Shown here one piece after another: positions 12,627 to 23,240 of a stretch of DNA of 64,000 nucleotides. The notes below the pieces were generated by a model that had not been told where the DNA came from, made no database searches, and worked only from the letters and a program-made list of their open reading frames with translations. The stretch comes from Azolla caroliniana (lineage: Eukaryota > Plantae > Polypodiophyta): positions 12,028,001-12,092,000 of the forward strand of contig JBHGNT010000018.1 in the NCBI GenBank assembly GCA_043228905.1, read 5' to 3'. Every line of letters begins with the position of its first letter. Positions within the stretch are counted from its first letter, which is position 1. Made by a program: the position numbers and the translations under genes.

Positions 12627-15560
12627 CTAATGGTTCTTTGGGAATCTGTTGTTGTTGTTGTTGTTGTGGCTATAGCTGTTGTTGCTCCTTGGATGGCGTC
12701 TGTCGGCTCCCGGTACCGGCGATTGTGGCAGTGATTCCTCCATCAGCTGCTCAGCCAGATTTGACTCCGGTTGACTCGCCCCGGCCTTGTCCCCATCGGG
12801 TCCTTGCCCCAGCGATGGCTCCTCATCGCTGAGGTTGACGGTCGTTGCCTGCTTTGCTTCTTCTTGACGTAGCCTAGTCCGCTCATAGCTTCCAAACTGG
12901 ATTTGAGCATCCAGTCGATCATCGTCCAGCTGTGCTACTAGTTGCCGGACCACTGCTGACTGTTCCTCCGCCAAAGTTACAAAGTCTTCTGCTAACTCAT
13001 CTCTTACGACGGTGAAGTCCTCCTTTGTTAGCATGTAGCAGTCATCGCCATCCTTCTACCGGTTCTCCTCGTCCGCCCTTAGCAATTGGAGCTTGGTTGT
13101 GTGCTTTGCCCATTTGTCCCACCATTGCACGGAGCTTTCGTCAATCAAGCGTTTTGTCTTGTTCCTCTATGCCTGGACAATGAACTAGATCCACTCAAGT
13201 CCCATTTTCTATTTGTCCTCCGCGGCTTGCCATTCTTCCTTCAATTGCTTGATCAGCTTCACCGTGTCTGCCTCCTGCTCCTGGTAATGTGACAATTGGT
13301 TTTAGTAAGTGTTCTGCAACCTCTGCAATACCATTGTCGCTCTTTCCTTTTCTTCATAATGCTGCTTATGGAGCTTCATACGTTCCTGCGCGGCTTCCTC
13401 CAGTAGCGTTGTTCTTTCAGCCCGTTCTTCAGCTAGCGCTGTCTCGGCTGCATGAACTTCCCATCGTAGCTCTGCCATCTTCTCCTGCTACTTCTTATGC
13501 TCTGTATCTAGGTGCTTATAGTCCCGGTGCAGGTGCTCAAAATCATCGGTCTTCAGCTTCAGCTTCTGGTTGAGTTGTTGGCGAGCGCAGTCTTCCCGAT
13601 CTTTCTATTGATGGAGTTCTTCTTTAAGTCTTTCAATCTCCATTTCCGCCATCCGTCGTAGCTTATCCTTTTCTTGCAACACTTTCTCTTTCTCCTCCTT
13701 AAGCCGGTCATATGCCTGATGTCCTTTCCGTAGATTCTCTTCTGCCCGACGGAGGTTCTCAGCAGTCTTTCTTTGTTCTTCTTCTGCCGCTTTCTTCAAG
13801 TCCCTTTCTCGGGTGCGTAATGCTTCTTGTACGACCAGTTCATCTTTCAATTCGGCAAGCTCTTTCGCTTGCGCCGCCATTGTCTCCAGGACGGGTTCCG
13901 TCTCCACGGTCTTATTACTATGTACAGGTGCTGGTGTGTCTTTATTCTGTACATCTACCGGAGTCACCTGTGCTTGGATCTGTGGTCCGGTTAAGGCCAT
14001 TTTGGCCAATTCTTCTGTGGCCAGGTCCAAGTCTTTCTCTAGGCTCCGGATTCTCAATTGGGCCGTCTCGAGTTCTCCGGTTGTGACTAGCAACCAGTCC
14101 ATCTGCACTTTCTCTTCCGCCTCTATGTAATGCACCACTCCGGCAATCTGTTCTCCAATCCATCGGAGCCATTGGCTGCTAGTGCCCTGTTGTTGCGTCT
14201 GCGTGGAGGCTTGGCAGTTGGTTCCGCTAGCCAGTGGTCGGTCTTGTCTGGTTGCCGCGAGCTGCAACTCTGTCTCTGGTTGGTGACCACTTTGCCGTTC
14301 TGGTTCTGGTTGCGCCTCCATTGGCCGCTCCGCCTTTGACTGCTCTTGACCTGCCGGTGAGGGAGGCAATTGTACTACCGGTGCTTGAATTTCGGGTCTT
14401 GCCATATCCTAACCCGTTGTTACAGCTTGTTGTGCAGGGAGTTCTATGACTGGTTCTGTCCGAACCGGTTCTGGTTCCACCCTTGGTGCGGGATGCTCAA
14501 TGCGGGGTAGAGGCGTGCCATCCTTCTTTGGGTCCGAACGCTCCCTGGCCTGTTCTGTTGTGCTTGCCTTCTGGCGCCGCTGGAGGTGCTCTAATGGTTC
14601 CTCCTCCACTTCCTCCTCCTGAGTCCCGATGTTGATTTTCGCTGCCAAGGGGTCCGACTCTTGTTGAACTGGTCGGTGAAATATGATCTTGATTGGCCGT
14701 GCCGGTGTCTCCTCCTACGTTTCTACCTGCCGCTTCTTATTGGTGCGCTCTTTTGCCTCCTTGTCCATGTCGACCGCCTTCCCTTTAGGTGCCTTAGAGG
14801 CCAACAGTTGCTGCCGTTTCGAAGCCGTTTTCGGGGTGCCTTCGGTCGTTCTCCCCCGCTTCGTGGTCTTGACGGGCTTGATAGGTGGCGCCAATAGGGT
14901 GAGCCATTGCGCCACTGCAATCCATATTTTCCAACCCTCCTTGCCTCTTACAGAGTCGATGGCCGCACAGAGGCCGTCTACAATCAGTACCGGCCAGTCC
15001 ACCTTCATGCCTTCATACGTTGCTATGACTAAGCCGGCTCAGTTCTGAGGCATGCACGGGGGTCGAGGGTATACATGTCCAAATTCATGGAGCACACGGG
15101 AAATCTCTCAAAATAATGTATCTTTGCCGCCCTGTGTCCTGTAGGCCTTGTTGACCAGAGAGTATTCGCCAAAATATTTTCGGAGCTGCTCCGGGGTAGG
15201 GTTGTAGATAGTGAAGATGCCCCCCTCCGGGAGGCCAATCAAAGCATGGATGGCCTCCTCCGTGATCAACTCTGTGTCGATTTCCTTTACTATCTTCTCC
15301 GCCTCCCGGTGCAGTGGCGCCTCCTTGATCGTGAGGAAACCTTCTAACCCGTGTTGCCTTAGCCACTTCTTGGCTGCTTCAGAGAGTGCTTGGCAGTTCA
15401 TGGCTTCTTCGAGGTCTGTGAGCGCTGGTGAGGGATGTGTGTGAGGAGGCTTTGTGTGCGTGGGCTCGCGTCTAATGATCTTCAATCGCCTGTGTGCGTT
15501 TGTGCTCCTCTGTTCGCGAAATGTGAAGACCCCCATGCGGTGGGGGTTTTCTTGCTGCAT
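12627..15560 (-). pseudogene. Additional sense ORF between integrase and 3' LTR (globular N-terminus, low-complexity linker, long coiled coil), broken by stops and frameshifts
   Basis: Collinear minus-strand ORF pieces 15108-15560, 14715-15008, 14409-14648, 13605-14405 and 12627-13034. E/K/R/Q/L heptad-rich segments. Confidence 0.75.
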
Positions 15561-15759
15561 GTTGGCACCTGTTTTTCTTACCCACGCGTGTGCACGTCAT
15601 GTACTAGAATAGAATGACGTGCCATGTGGTGGCGGTTTAATACCCTATTAATAGCCCACAACGTACCTTTTCACTCCTTGTTCTTGCATGTGTCCGTTCA
15701 CACCTTGCCCTTGCATGATTTACTTCGATTTTATTTTATTTTTGATAAAACAAGTTTGG

Positions 15760-16990
15760 TTAATTTGCATCCGGTCCCACCGGACCCCTATCCAAATTGT
15801 AGGACTTGCTGGCCGTTGGACTGCTTGCCGTCGCATCGTTCTTGCCGTATGTCGGCTCGTGCTCCCTCTTACCGGCTTCACGCTTGCTGATTGCTAAACG
15901 TGCCGTCTCTTCCGACTTACCGGTGTCTGGTTCTGTGTCGGCCTTTACTCGTTCAAATGGGTTTCTTGGCATGGGTCCATTGTATGGTTTGAGTCGGAAC
16001 CCATTGACCCATTTACCCAGAACCTCACCGGCGAGTGTCCCTAACTGGTAGGAACCGTTGAACTCACGTGTGATCCAGTATGGACCGGTCCACCGAAACC
16101 GTAGCTTCCCCGGCATCTTACCCATCCGGGTCTGGAATACTAGTACCGGCTTACCGATTTCGAACATCTTTTCGTTCCCCTTTCGGTGACGATCCACGAA
16201 CGCTTTCCTTCGCCGTTGCTCTAATTCTATGTGCATGATGCTGGCTAGCCGGTGTTCTTCCAATTCGCATTGCGCGGCTAACCGGATCACTTCCGATTCC
16301 TTCTCATTTAGGCGTTCCCGAATCTGTATTCATAAACTTGGTACCTGCAACTCGACCGGCATCACTGCTTCCAATCCGAATGCTAGGGGAAACGGTGTTG
16401 TGTGGATACTTGTCTTATATGCCGTTCGATAGGCCCAGAGTGCACTGTGTAGCTTTGTATCCCAACCCGTCTGGTTCTCATTGACGATTTTTCGAAGGAT
16501 GTTCTGTAGTGTTTTATTTGTGGACTCGGCTAATCCGTTGGCTTGCGGATAATAGGGAGTGCTCCGTTTATGCACCACCACATAGAATGTCGTCAAACTT
16601 TCCACCACATGCCCTAAGAAGTGGCCACCTTGGTCACTTATTAGCTCTATTGGACATCCATACCGGCACCAGATGTATTCATATAAAAATTTTGTCGTGG
16701 ATGCTGCGGTGTTGTCGCGTAGTGCTTTGGCTTCCACCCATTTTGTGCAATAATCCGTAGCGACAATCACGTACCGGTTGCCGGTTCTCATTGCTGGTGG
16801 TTTGAATGGACCAACAAAATACAGCCCCCATTTCTGAAATGGTTCTAACGGTAGCATGGGCTAGTGAGGCATCCTGGCTTGTTCGGTTGGTTGGCCCATT
16901 CGCTGACATAGGTCGCATTCTTTAGCGTACTGGACTGCATCCTTCAATGTTGTTGGCCACCATAGTCCACTCTGCCATATTTTCCTTGTC
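15760..16990 (-). pseudogene. gypsy integrase (zinc-finger end, core, GPY/F motif)
   Basis: YAKECDLCQR, PFQKWGLYFVGP, ATDYCTKWVEA, LISDQGGHF, YPQANGLAE, GKLRFRWTGPY. Confidence 0.93.
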
Positions 16991-16995
16991 GTAGC

Positions 16996-19900
16996 TGTCG
17001 CAATTCCGTGCTCGGCCACAACCGAGGAACAGGATCGATTCACAGAAAACGGGAAATACAAGAATGCACGTAAGACAATAGAGAGAAGGGTACACTGGAT
17101 GTTTTACGTGGAAAACCCTAAATGGGAAAAACCACGGGAGTGCAAGACTCCAACTATCACTATACGCGAGAATGTACAATGGCGAGCTGCAAGGCGACGA
17201 CCTTGGGCTCGCTGTCCTCGCCACAGGCGGCGGTATTACACAGAGGCGTCTACCTCTTCCTTCCTCTTTCTCTCTCACTCTCTCTCTCGGCTGCTCTCAC
17301 TTCGCTTCCGCTCAGTGAAAACAGAAAATGAGCAACAACATAAGACTGTTTGCCCTAAGTCATATTTATACATATATGACTTTCGGGCTATTTACAAATA
17401 TAGCCTCAAGGGCCCTTGGCAAACATATTCACAAATATGTCCCCGCATCCGGATCTCTCTCTCCGGGTACATACGTCATCCGGCTCCGTAACCGGGTACT
17501 CTTCATCCGGCTTCATGCCGGGTACTCTTCATCATACGGTTCCGTAACAGCCTCCGGGCTTGCCGTCATTCATCTCCGGACATCCCATCCGGAGGGACCG
17601 AAATCCCAACAAACTCCCCCTTCACTTCGGCATGGGATGTCTCTCCAACCCGATCCTCTTCCGGCATGCTTCCAGCTTGTCGGGTGTGAGCACCTTGGTC
17701 AGCATATCCGACCCGTTCTCATCCGTGTGGATCTTCGTCAGCACGAACTCCTCGTCTTCTATCCTCTCCCGGATCCAGTGGTATCTACGCTGGATGTGTT
17801 TCGTCCGGGAATGGTAGGCCGCGTTTTTCGCTAGGTGGATGGCACTCTGACTGTCGCAATAGAGTCGGTACTCCTCCTGCCGGATACCGAGCTCTCTGAT
17901 GAAGTCCTTCATCCATATTATTTCCTTGCCGGCTTCAACAGCCGCCATGTACTCCGCCTCCGTGGTTGACAACGCAACCGTCTTCTGCAGCCTCGACTGC
18001 CACGAAACAGCTCCCCCTGCATACGTCATCACATACCCTGATGTGGACCGGCTGGTATCTGCATCAGCCGACATATCCGAATCGGTAAAGCCGTCGAGTT
18101 CGGGCTTACCGGAGCCGAATCGGAGGCACACGTTTGCCGTGCCCTTCAGGTATCGGAGTATCCACTTGACCGCGTTCCAGTGCTCCTTGCCGAGATTGCT
18201 CATGTACCGGCTCACCACTCCGACTGCGTATCCAATGTCCGGTCTTGTACACACCATTGTGTACATCAAGCTTCCGACGGCAGAGGCATATGGCACTTTC
18301 ATCATGTCCTCCTTCTCAGCCTTTGTCTTGGGGCTTTGCTTGCTGGACAGCTTGCAGTTTGTCGGGAGGGTCGATCCGACCGGTCTTGCTTCCGACATGT
18401 TGAACCGTTTAAGCACCTTTGTCACGTACTTCTCTTGTGACAGCCACAACTGCTTCTTCTTCCGGTCCCGGATGATGTGCATCCCTAGTATTTGCCTCGC
18501 CGGACCCAGGTCCTTCATTGAGAAGGTTTGGTGAAGCGCTTTCTTCAGCGCCCGTATCTTGACCTGGTCCCGTCCGACGATCAACATGTCGTCCACGTAC
18601 AGGAGGAGTATTAGAGAGTCTCCTCCTTCGAACTTCTTCACAAACACGCAGTGATCAGACTGCGTTTTGTGGTACCCTTCGTCGGTCATGAAGGAGTCGA
18701 ACTTCCGGTACCATTGTCGGGGAGCCTGCTTCAGTCCGTAAAGGCTCTTCTTCAACCGGCATACCAGGTGCTCCTTCCCTTTCTTCTCGAATCCTTCCGG
18801 TTGCTGCATGTAGATCTCTTCATCGAGGTCACCGTGAAGGAATGTCGTCTTCACGTCCATCTGTTCTACCTCGAGGTCCATGCTTGCCGCTATGCTCAGC
18901 ACCATCCGGATAGAGGTCATCTTCACAACCGAAGCAAATATCTCGTCGAAGTCGACGCCCTTCTTCTGCTGAAACCCCTTCACCACGATCCTGGCTTTGT
19001 ATCTCGGGGGGTTTCCGGCATCTCCCGGTTTCAGCTTGAACACCCACTTGTTTCGAAGTGCCCGTTTTCCTTTCGGCAACTCCACAAGTTCATATGTGTG
19101 GTTCTCATGCAGGGAATCCATCTCGTCCTGCATGGCACTCAACCACCTGCGGCTCTGGGTGTCATGTTTTGCTTCTTCAAAGCTCTCCGGCTCCCCCTCG
19201 TCGGTTAGCAGCACGTGCTCGGGTTCCGGAAATCTCCGGGGGGCCCTTCTCTCTCTTAGAGGATATCTCCGTTCCGGAGCTTCGGTAACCGGCTCCTCCG
19301 TTTCCTCTTCATCCGAATCCATTTCGGGATCGGGGCCGGTTCCGGTATCAGTTTCATCTTCCTCGGCCGGTTCTGTTTCTTCACCGTCTTCGGCCGGATC
19401 CTCGAGTGCTAACCGGTCCCTTGCCGGTAGGGACTGCTCCTCGTAGAGTTTATCCTCACCGGTCGACTTGGAGCTCTTCATCTTCTTCTCCGACTCCCAG
19501 TCGGCGAGTGTCTTGTCCTCCATGAAGATGATATCTCGACTCCTGAATATCTTCTTGTCGACCGGGTCCCATACTCGGTAGCCGAACTCATCGTCGCCGT
19601 AACCGAGGAATATGCATGGCCGGGTCTTTGGATCCAAGTTTCCTCTCCGGTCCTTTGCCACATGCACGTATGCGAGACACCCGAACACCTTCAGATGCCG
19701 GTAGGACACTTCCTTACCGGTCCACACTTTCTGCGGCGTGTCTCCGTCCAAAGGTACTGAGGGTGATCTATTTATCACATACGTCGCCGTCGACATTGCC
19801 TCAGCCCAAAATCCCTTGGGTAATTTCGCATGCGCCAGCATACTCCGGACCCTCTCCATTATGGTCCGGTTCATCCTCTCGGCCAGCCCGTTCAGTTCCG

Positions 19901-22370
19901 GCGTCTTCGGCACAGTAAACTCGAGCCGGATTCCCTTCGAGCGACAGTACTCCTGGAACTGCCCCCGGTATTCCCCTCCGTTATCCGCTCGTATCGCTTT
20001 CAGCTTCTTGCCGGATTCCCTTTCCAGTCTCGCGTGGAGTTCTTTGAAGACAGACAATACTTGGTCCTTTGTCTTCAACGGTGCCGTCCACAGCTTCCGG
20101 CTATGGTCATCTATGAATGTTACGAGGTACTGGGCTCCGCCATGTGACTTCGTTTCTACCTGACACACATCAGTGTGCACCAACTCCAATGGTACACTAC
20201 GTCTCATCGGTGGTCTTGAGCGGAAGGAGGTTCGGTTCTGCTTACCGGCCAGACAGTCGGTACACTTCCCCAAGTGTACGTGCTTTACCGGTATCAGGTT
20301 GTCTTCGGCAAGTCTCTTCATCCCCTTCTCGCTCATGTGGCACAGTCTCTTGTGCCATAGCTCACCGGCAGTGTCAGCTGCCACGTTCAGCTCCTCCGGA
20401 CATAGCCGGGAATTCATCAGGTACAGTGTGTTGACCTTCCGGGCCCGAGCCACTATCAGGCTCCCTTTGCTGAACTTCATTACGCCGTTCCGGATGCTAC
20501 CTGTGTAGCCTTCATCGTCTAGCCTCCCGGCCGAAATCAGGTTCAATCGGACCTCCGGAACGTGACGGACATCCTTCAGCAGCATCTTGCATCCGGTTGA
20601 TGTCATCAGCCACACGTCTCCTATGCCGGCAATCCGGCATGTTCCTTCATTTCCCATCCGGACACAGCCGTGCTCACCGGCTGTGTAGGATGAGAAGTAT
20701 TTCTTCTCCGGGGTCAGGTGGAACGACGCTCCGGAATCGACCACCCAGGTCATCTCTTCACCGGCAAGGTTCAGCTCCCTCTCTTCGGTAATGAGCATTA
20801 TCTCTTCTTCACTTGCCGCGAGTGCCGTCGTTCCTTTCCGGTCCTGCCCTCGCCGATCCGGACCTCTCCGGTCCGTGGCTCCCCGGTATGCACCGTTTCT
20901 CTCCGGTGACTTCTTCGAATCGGTGTCGTCGGCTCCGTTGTCCTTTCGGTAATGCCGACAATTCTTCCGGAAGTGCCCCGGCTTCCCACAGTGGAAGCAT
21001 GTGGGTCTTCCTCTTGACTGCGACCGGGTCCCCGACTTCTCCCGTCTTTGCGGACTCCGGTTCCATTGTCTTCCTCGTTCCGATTCGGTAAGCAGCGCCT
21101 TCGAGTCGGAGGCCGGTTCTTTATCTCTCCAACGCGCTTCTTCGTTCAAAATACTCGTCTTTACCGTTTGTAGGGACAAGTTATCTTCGGTGCAGGAGGT
21201 GCTGAGAGTTACCACCAAGTTCTCCCAGCTGTCCGGCAATGTACACATCAGAATGATGGCTTGCATTGCATCTTCCAATGGGAACTTGATCGCCGCAAGC
21301 TGGTTCACGAATCCCATGAACGTGCTTACGTGTTCCACCATACTCTCGCCGTCTCGGTACTTGAGGTTCACTATCTTTCTCATCAGGGAGGTCCGGTTCA
21401 ACGCATTCTTCCTCTCGTAGAGGCCCGACAGCTTCCGCCACATCTCATATGCGTTGGTGTCGTTCGCCACGTGTTGTAGAACACTCACGTCGACGTATTG
21501 CCGAATGGTTGCAACGGCTTTCCGGTTCAGAAGCCTCCACTCCGTCTCAAGTACCCCCTTGGGTATTTCCGACCTGTCGATCGGTTCATACAGGTCCCAA
21601 ACAATGAGCAGATCCTCCATCTTTATCTTCCAGTCGGCGTAGTTCTGCGCATTCAGCACCATCATCCCCGGCTGCCCGCTGCTGCCGCCTTCCATTTTCT
21701 GTGTTACCGTTGCTCTGATACCACTTTGTCGCAATTCCGTGCTCGGCCACAACCGAGGAACAGGATCGATTCACAGAAAACGGGAAATACAAGAATGCAC
21801 GAAAAACAATAGAGAGAAGGGTACACTGGATGTTTTACGTGGAAAACCCTAAATGGGAAAAACCACGGGAGTGCAAGACTCCAGCTATCACTATACGCGA
21901 GAATGTACAATGGCGAGCTGCAAGGCGACGACCTTGGGCTCGCTGTCCTCGCCACAGGCGGCGGTATTACACAGAGGCGTCTACCTCTTCCTTCCTCTTT
22001 CTCTCTCACTCTCTCTCTCGGCTGCTCTCACTTCGCTTCCTCTCAGTGAAAACAGAAAATGAGCAACAACATAAGACTGTTTGCCCTAAGTCATATTTAT
22101 ACATATATGACTTTCGGGCTATTTACAAATATAGCCTCAAGGGCCCTTGGCAAACATATTCACAAATATGTCCCCGCATCCGGATCTCTCTCTCCGGGTA
22201 CATACGTCATCCGGCTCCGTAACCGGGGTCTTCAGCATCCGGCTCCGTAACCGGGTACTCTTCATCCGGCTTCATGCCGGGTACTCTTCTTCATACGGTT
22301 CCGTAACAGCCTCCGGGCTTGCCGTCATTCATCTCCGGACATCCCATCCGGAGGGACCGAAATCCCAACA
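16996..22370 (-). mobile_element. Young intact Ty1/copia element inserted in the gypsy integrase zinc-finger region
   Basis: LTRs 16996-17611 and 21727-22370 differ by about 5 substitutions and one 28-bp repeat unit. TSD GTAGC. PBS tRNA-iMet at 21712-21723. PPT GAAGGGGGAG. Confidence 0.98.
17622..21695 (-). CDS. Intact copia Gag-Pol polyprotein, about 1357 aa from the first ATG after the PBS
   Basis: One open frame: CFHCGKPGHFRKNC knuckle, DSGAS protease, LWHKRLCH, integrase HTDVC/RADNGGEY/ERMNRT, RT LYVDDML, RNase H TDSD...TEAE...CDSQSA. Confidence 0.96.
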   Translation of the reverse strand: MEGGSSGQPGMMVLNAQNYADWKIKMEDLLIVWDLYEPIDRSEIPKGVLETEWRLLNRKAVATIRQYVDVSVLQHVANDTNAYEMWRKLSGLYERKNALNRTSLMRKIVNLKYRDGESMVEHVSTFMGFVNQLAAIKFPLEDAMQAIILMCTLPDSWENLVVTLSTSCTEDNLSLQTVKTSILNEEARWRDKEPASDSKALLTESERGRQWNRSPQRREKSGTRSQSRGRPTCFHCGKPGHFRKNCRHYRKDNGADDTDSKKSPERNGAYRGATDRRGPDRRGQDRKGTTALAASEEEIMLITEERELNLAGEEMTWVVDSGASFHLTPEKKYFSSYTAGEHGCVRMGNEGTCRIAGIGDVWLMTSTGCKMLLKDVRHVPEVRLNLISAGRLDDEGYTGSIRNGVMKFSKGSLIVARARKVNTLYLMNSRLCPEELNVAADTAGELWHKRLCHMSEKGMKRLAEDNLIPVKHVHLGKCTDCLAGKQNRTSFRSRPPMRRSVPLELVHTDVCQVETKSHGGAQYLVTFIDDHSRKLWTAPLKTKDQVLSVFKELHARLERESGKKLKAIRADNGGEYRGQFQEYCRSKGIRLEFTVPKTPELNGLAERMNRTIMERVRSMLAHAKLPKGFWAEAMSTATYVINRSPSVPLDGDTPQKVWTGKEVSYRHLKVFGCLAYVHVAKDRRGNLDPKTRPCIFLGYGDDEFGYRVWDPVDKKIFRSRDIIFMEDKTLADWESEKKMKSSKSTGEDKLYEEQSLPARDRLALEDPAEDGEETEPAEEDETDTGTGPDPEMDSDEEETEEPVTEAPERRYPLRERRAPRRFPEPEHVLLTDEGEPESFEEAKHDTQSRRWLSAMQDEMDSLHENHTYELVELPKGKRALRNKWVFKLKPGDAGNPPRYKARIVVKGFQQKKGVDFDEIFASVVKMTSIRMVLSIAASMDLEVEQMDVKTTFLHGDLDEEIYMQQPEGFEKKGKEHLVCRLKKSLYGLKQAPRQWYRKFDSFMTDEGYHKTQSDHCVFVKKFEGGDSLILLLYVDDMLIVGRDQVKIRALKKALHQTFSMKDLGPARQILGMHIIRDRKKKQLWLSQEKYVTKVLKRFNMSEARPVGSTLPTNCKLSSKQSPKTKAEKEDMMKVPYASAVGSLMYTMVCTRPDIGYAVGVVSRYMSNLGKEHWNAVKWILRYLKGTANVCLRFGSGKPELDGFTDSDMSADADTSRSTSGYVMTYAGGAVSWQSRLQKTVALSTTEAEYMAAVEAGKEIIWMKDFIRELGIRQEEYRLYCDSQSAIHLAKNAAYHSRTKHIQRRYHWIRERIEDEEFVLTKIHTDENGSDMLTKVLTPDKLEACRKRIGLERHPMPK

Positions 22371-22375
22371 GTAGC

Positions 22376-22991
22376 GTCTCCGGCATAATGTCCTCCAGCC
22401 ACTCCGCAGTGTGCTTCGCGCAATATTATGTCCTTTTCGTCGTTACGCACTACACACCGCCATATGCCATCTACACCTTTGTGGCATAGTGTGTCCTATA
22501 ATAGACAGAAGTGCCAGCTTTGAACAGCTAAGCGTTTCCTCTTATCTCTGTTCATCTCCTCCGGAGGTAAGCCGATGCTCAGAAATTGGTGCATGTTGGT
22601 GAGCCACTTGTCTTCCTCTCCGACCGTACCATCCGTTGTCATTTCTACTGTGACTCTAAACAGCTCTGCATCCGGGAACTCGTCCGGGACGCCGTCACCG
22701 GTTTCGCTGGAATCTAACTGGCTCAAATAGTCTGCTACCGCATGTTGTATGCCGAGTCAGTGGAATATCTCGAACTCAAATTCTTGTAATAGTAACGTCC
22801 ACTGGGCCAGCTTACCGGTGAGTGATGCTTTGGACACCAAATAAAGGAGCGCCCAATGATCTACGTGAAAGGAAAATTTCCTTCCCAACAGATAGTGTCT
22901 AAACTTGGTGACACTGTAGATCATGCCCAAGGCTTCCCTTTCCGTTGTGGAATAATTACATTCTGCTTGGGACAGCTTCCGATTGGCATAA
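22376..22991 (-). pseudogene. gypsy RNase H C-terminal half and tether (continues from 34046-34290)
   Basis: YYANRKLSQAECNYSTTEREALGMIYSVTKFRHYLLG...WTLLLQEFEFEIFH. Confidence 0.9.
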
Positions 22992-23074
22992 TGTTGGGAG
23001 ACAGGTCCCTCCGGATGGGAAGGGAGAAGAACAGTGTTGATGAACAAGCTAGGCTGAGGCCGAAACCGAATGAG

Positions 23075-23240
23075 GAGTACCGGGCTACGGAGAGCCGGAT
23101 GGTGCAGGCCCGGTGAGAACCTGATGAGGAGTACCCGGCTACGGAGAGCCGGATGGTGCATGCCTGGTGAGAACCGGATGAGGAGTACCCGGCTACGGAG
23201 AGCCGGATGGTGCAGGCCCGGTGAGAACTGGATGACGCAG
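23075..23240 (+). repeat. 54-bp tandem repeats in U3 of copia LTR (also about 33370-33560)
   Basis: Unit CCGGCTACGGAGAGCCGGATGGTGCAGGCCCGGTGAGAACCGGATGAGGAGTAC, about 3 copies in the 5' LTR and about 3.5 in the 3' LTR. Confidence 0.92.

Noticed and set aside
17099-17491. 130-aa ORF duplicated at 21830-22222, and similar ORFs at 23331-23792 and 33658-34068
   Set aside because: They lie inside LTRs and cross microsatellites. The duplication is explained by LTR identity.
17899-21420. Many long antisense ORFs over pol
   Set aside because: Shadow frames of GC-rich coding sequence, with no independent motifs.
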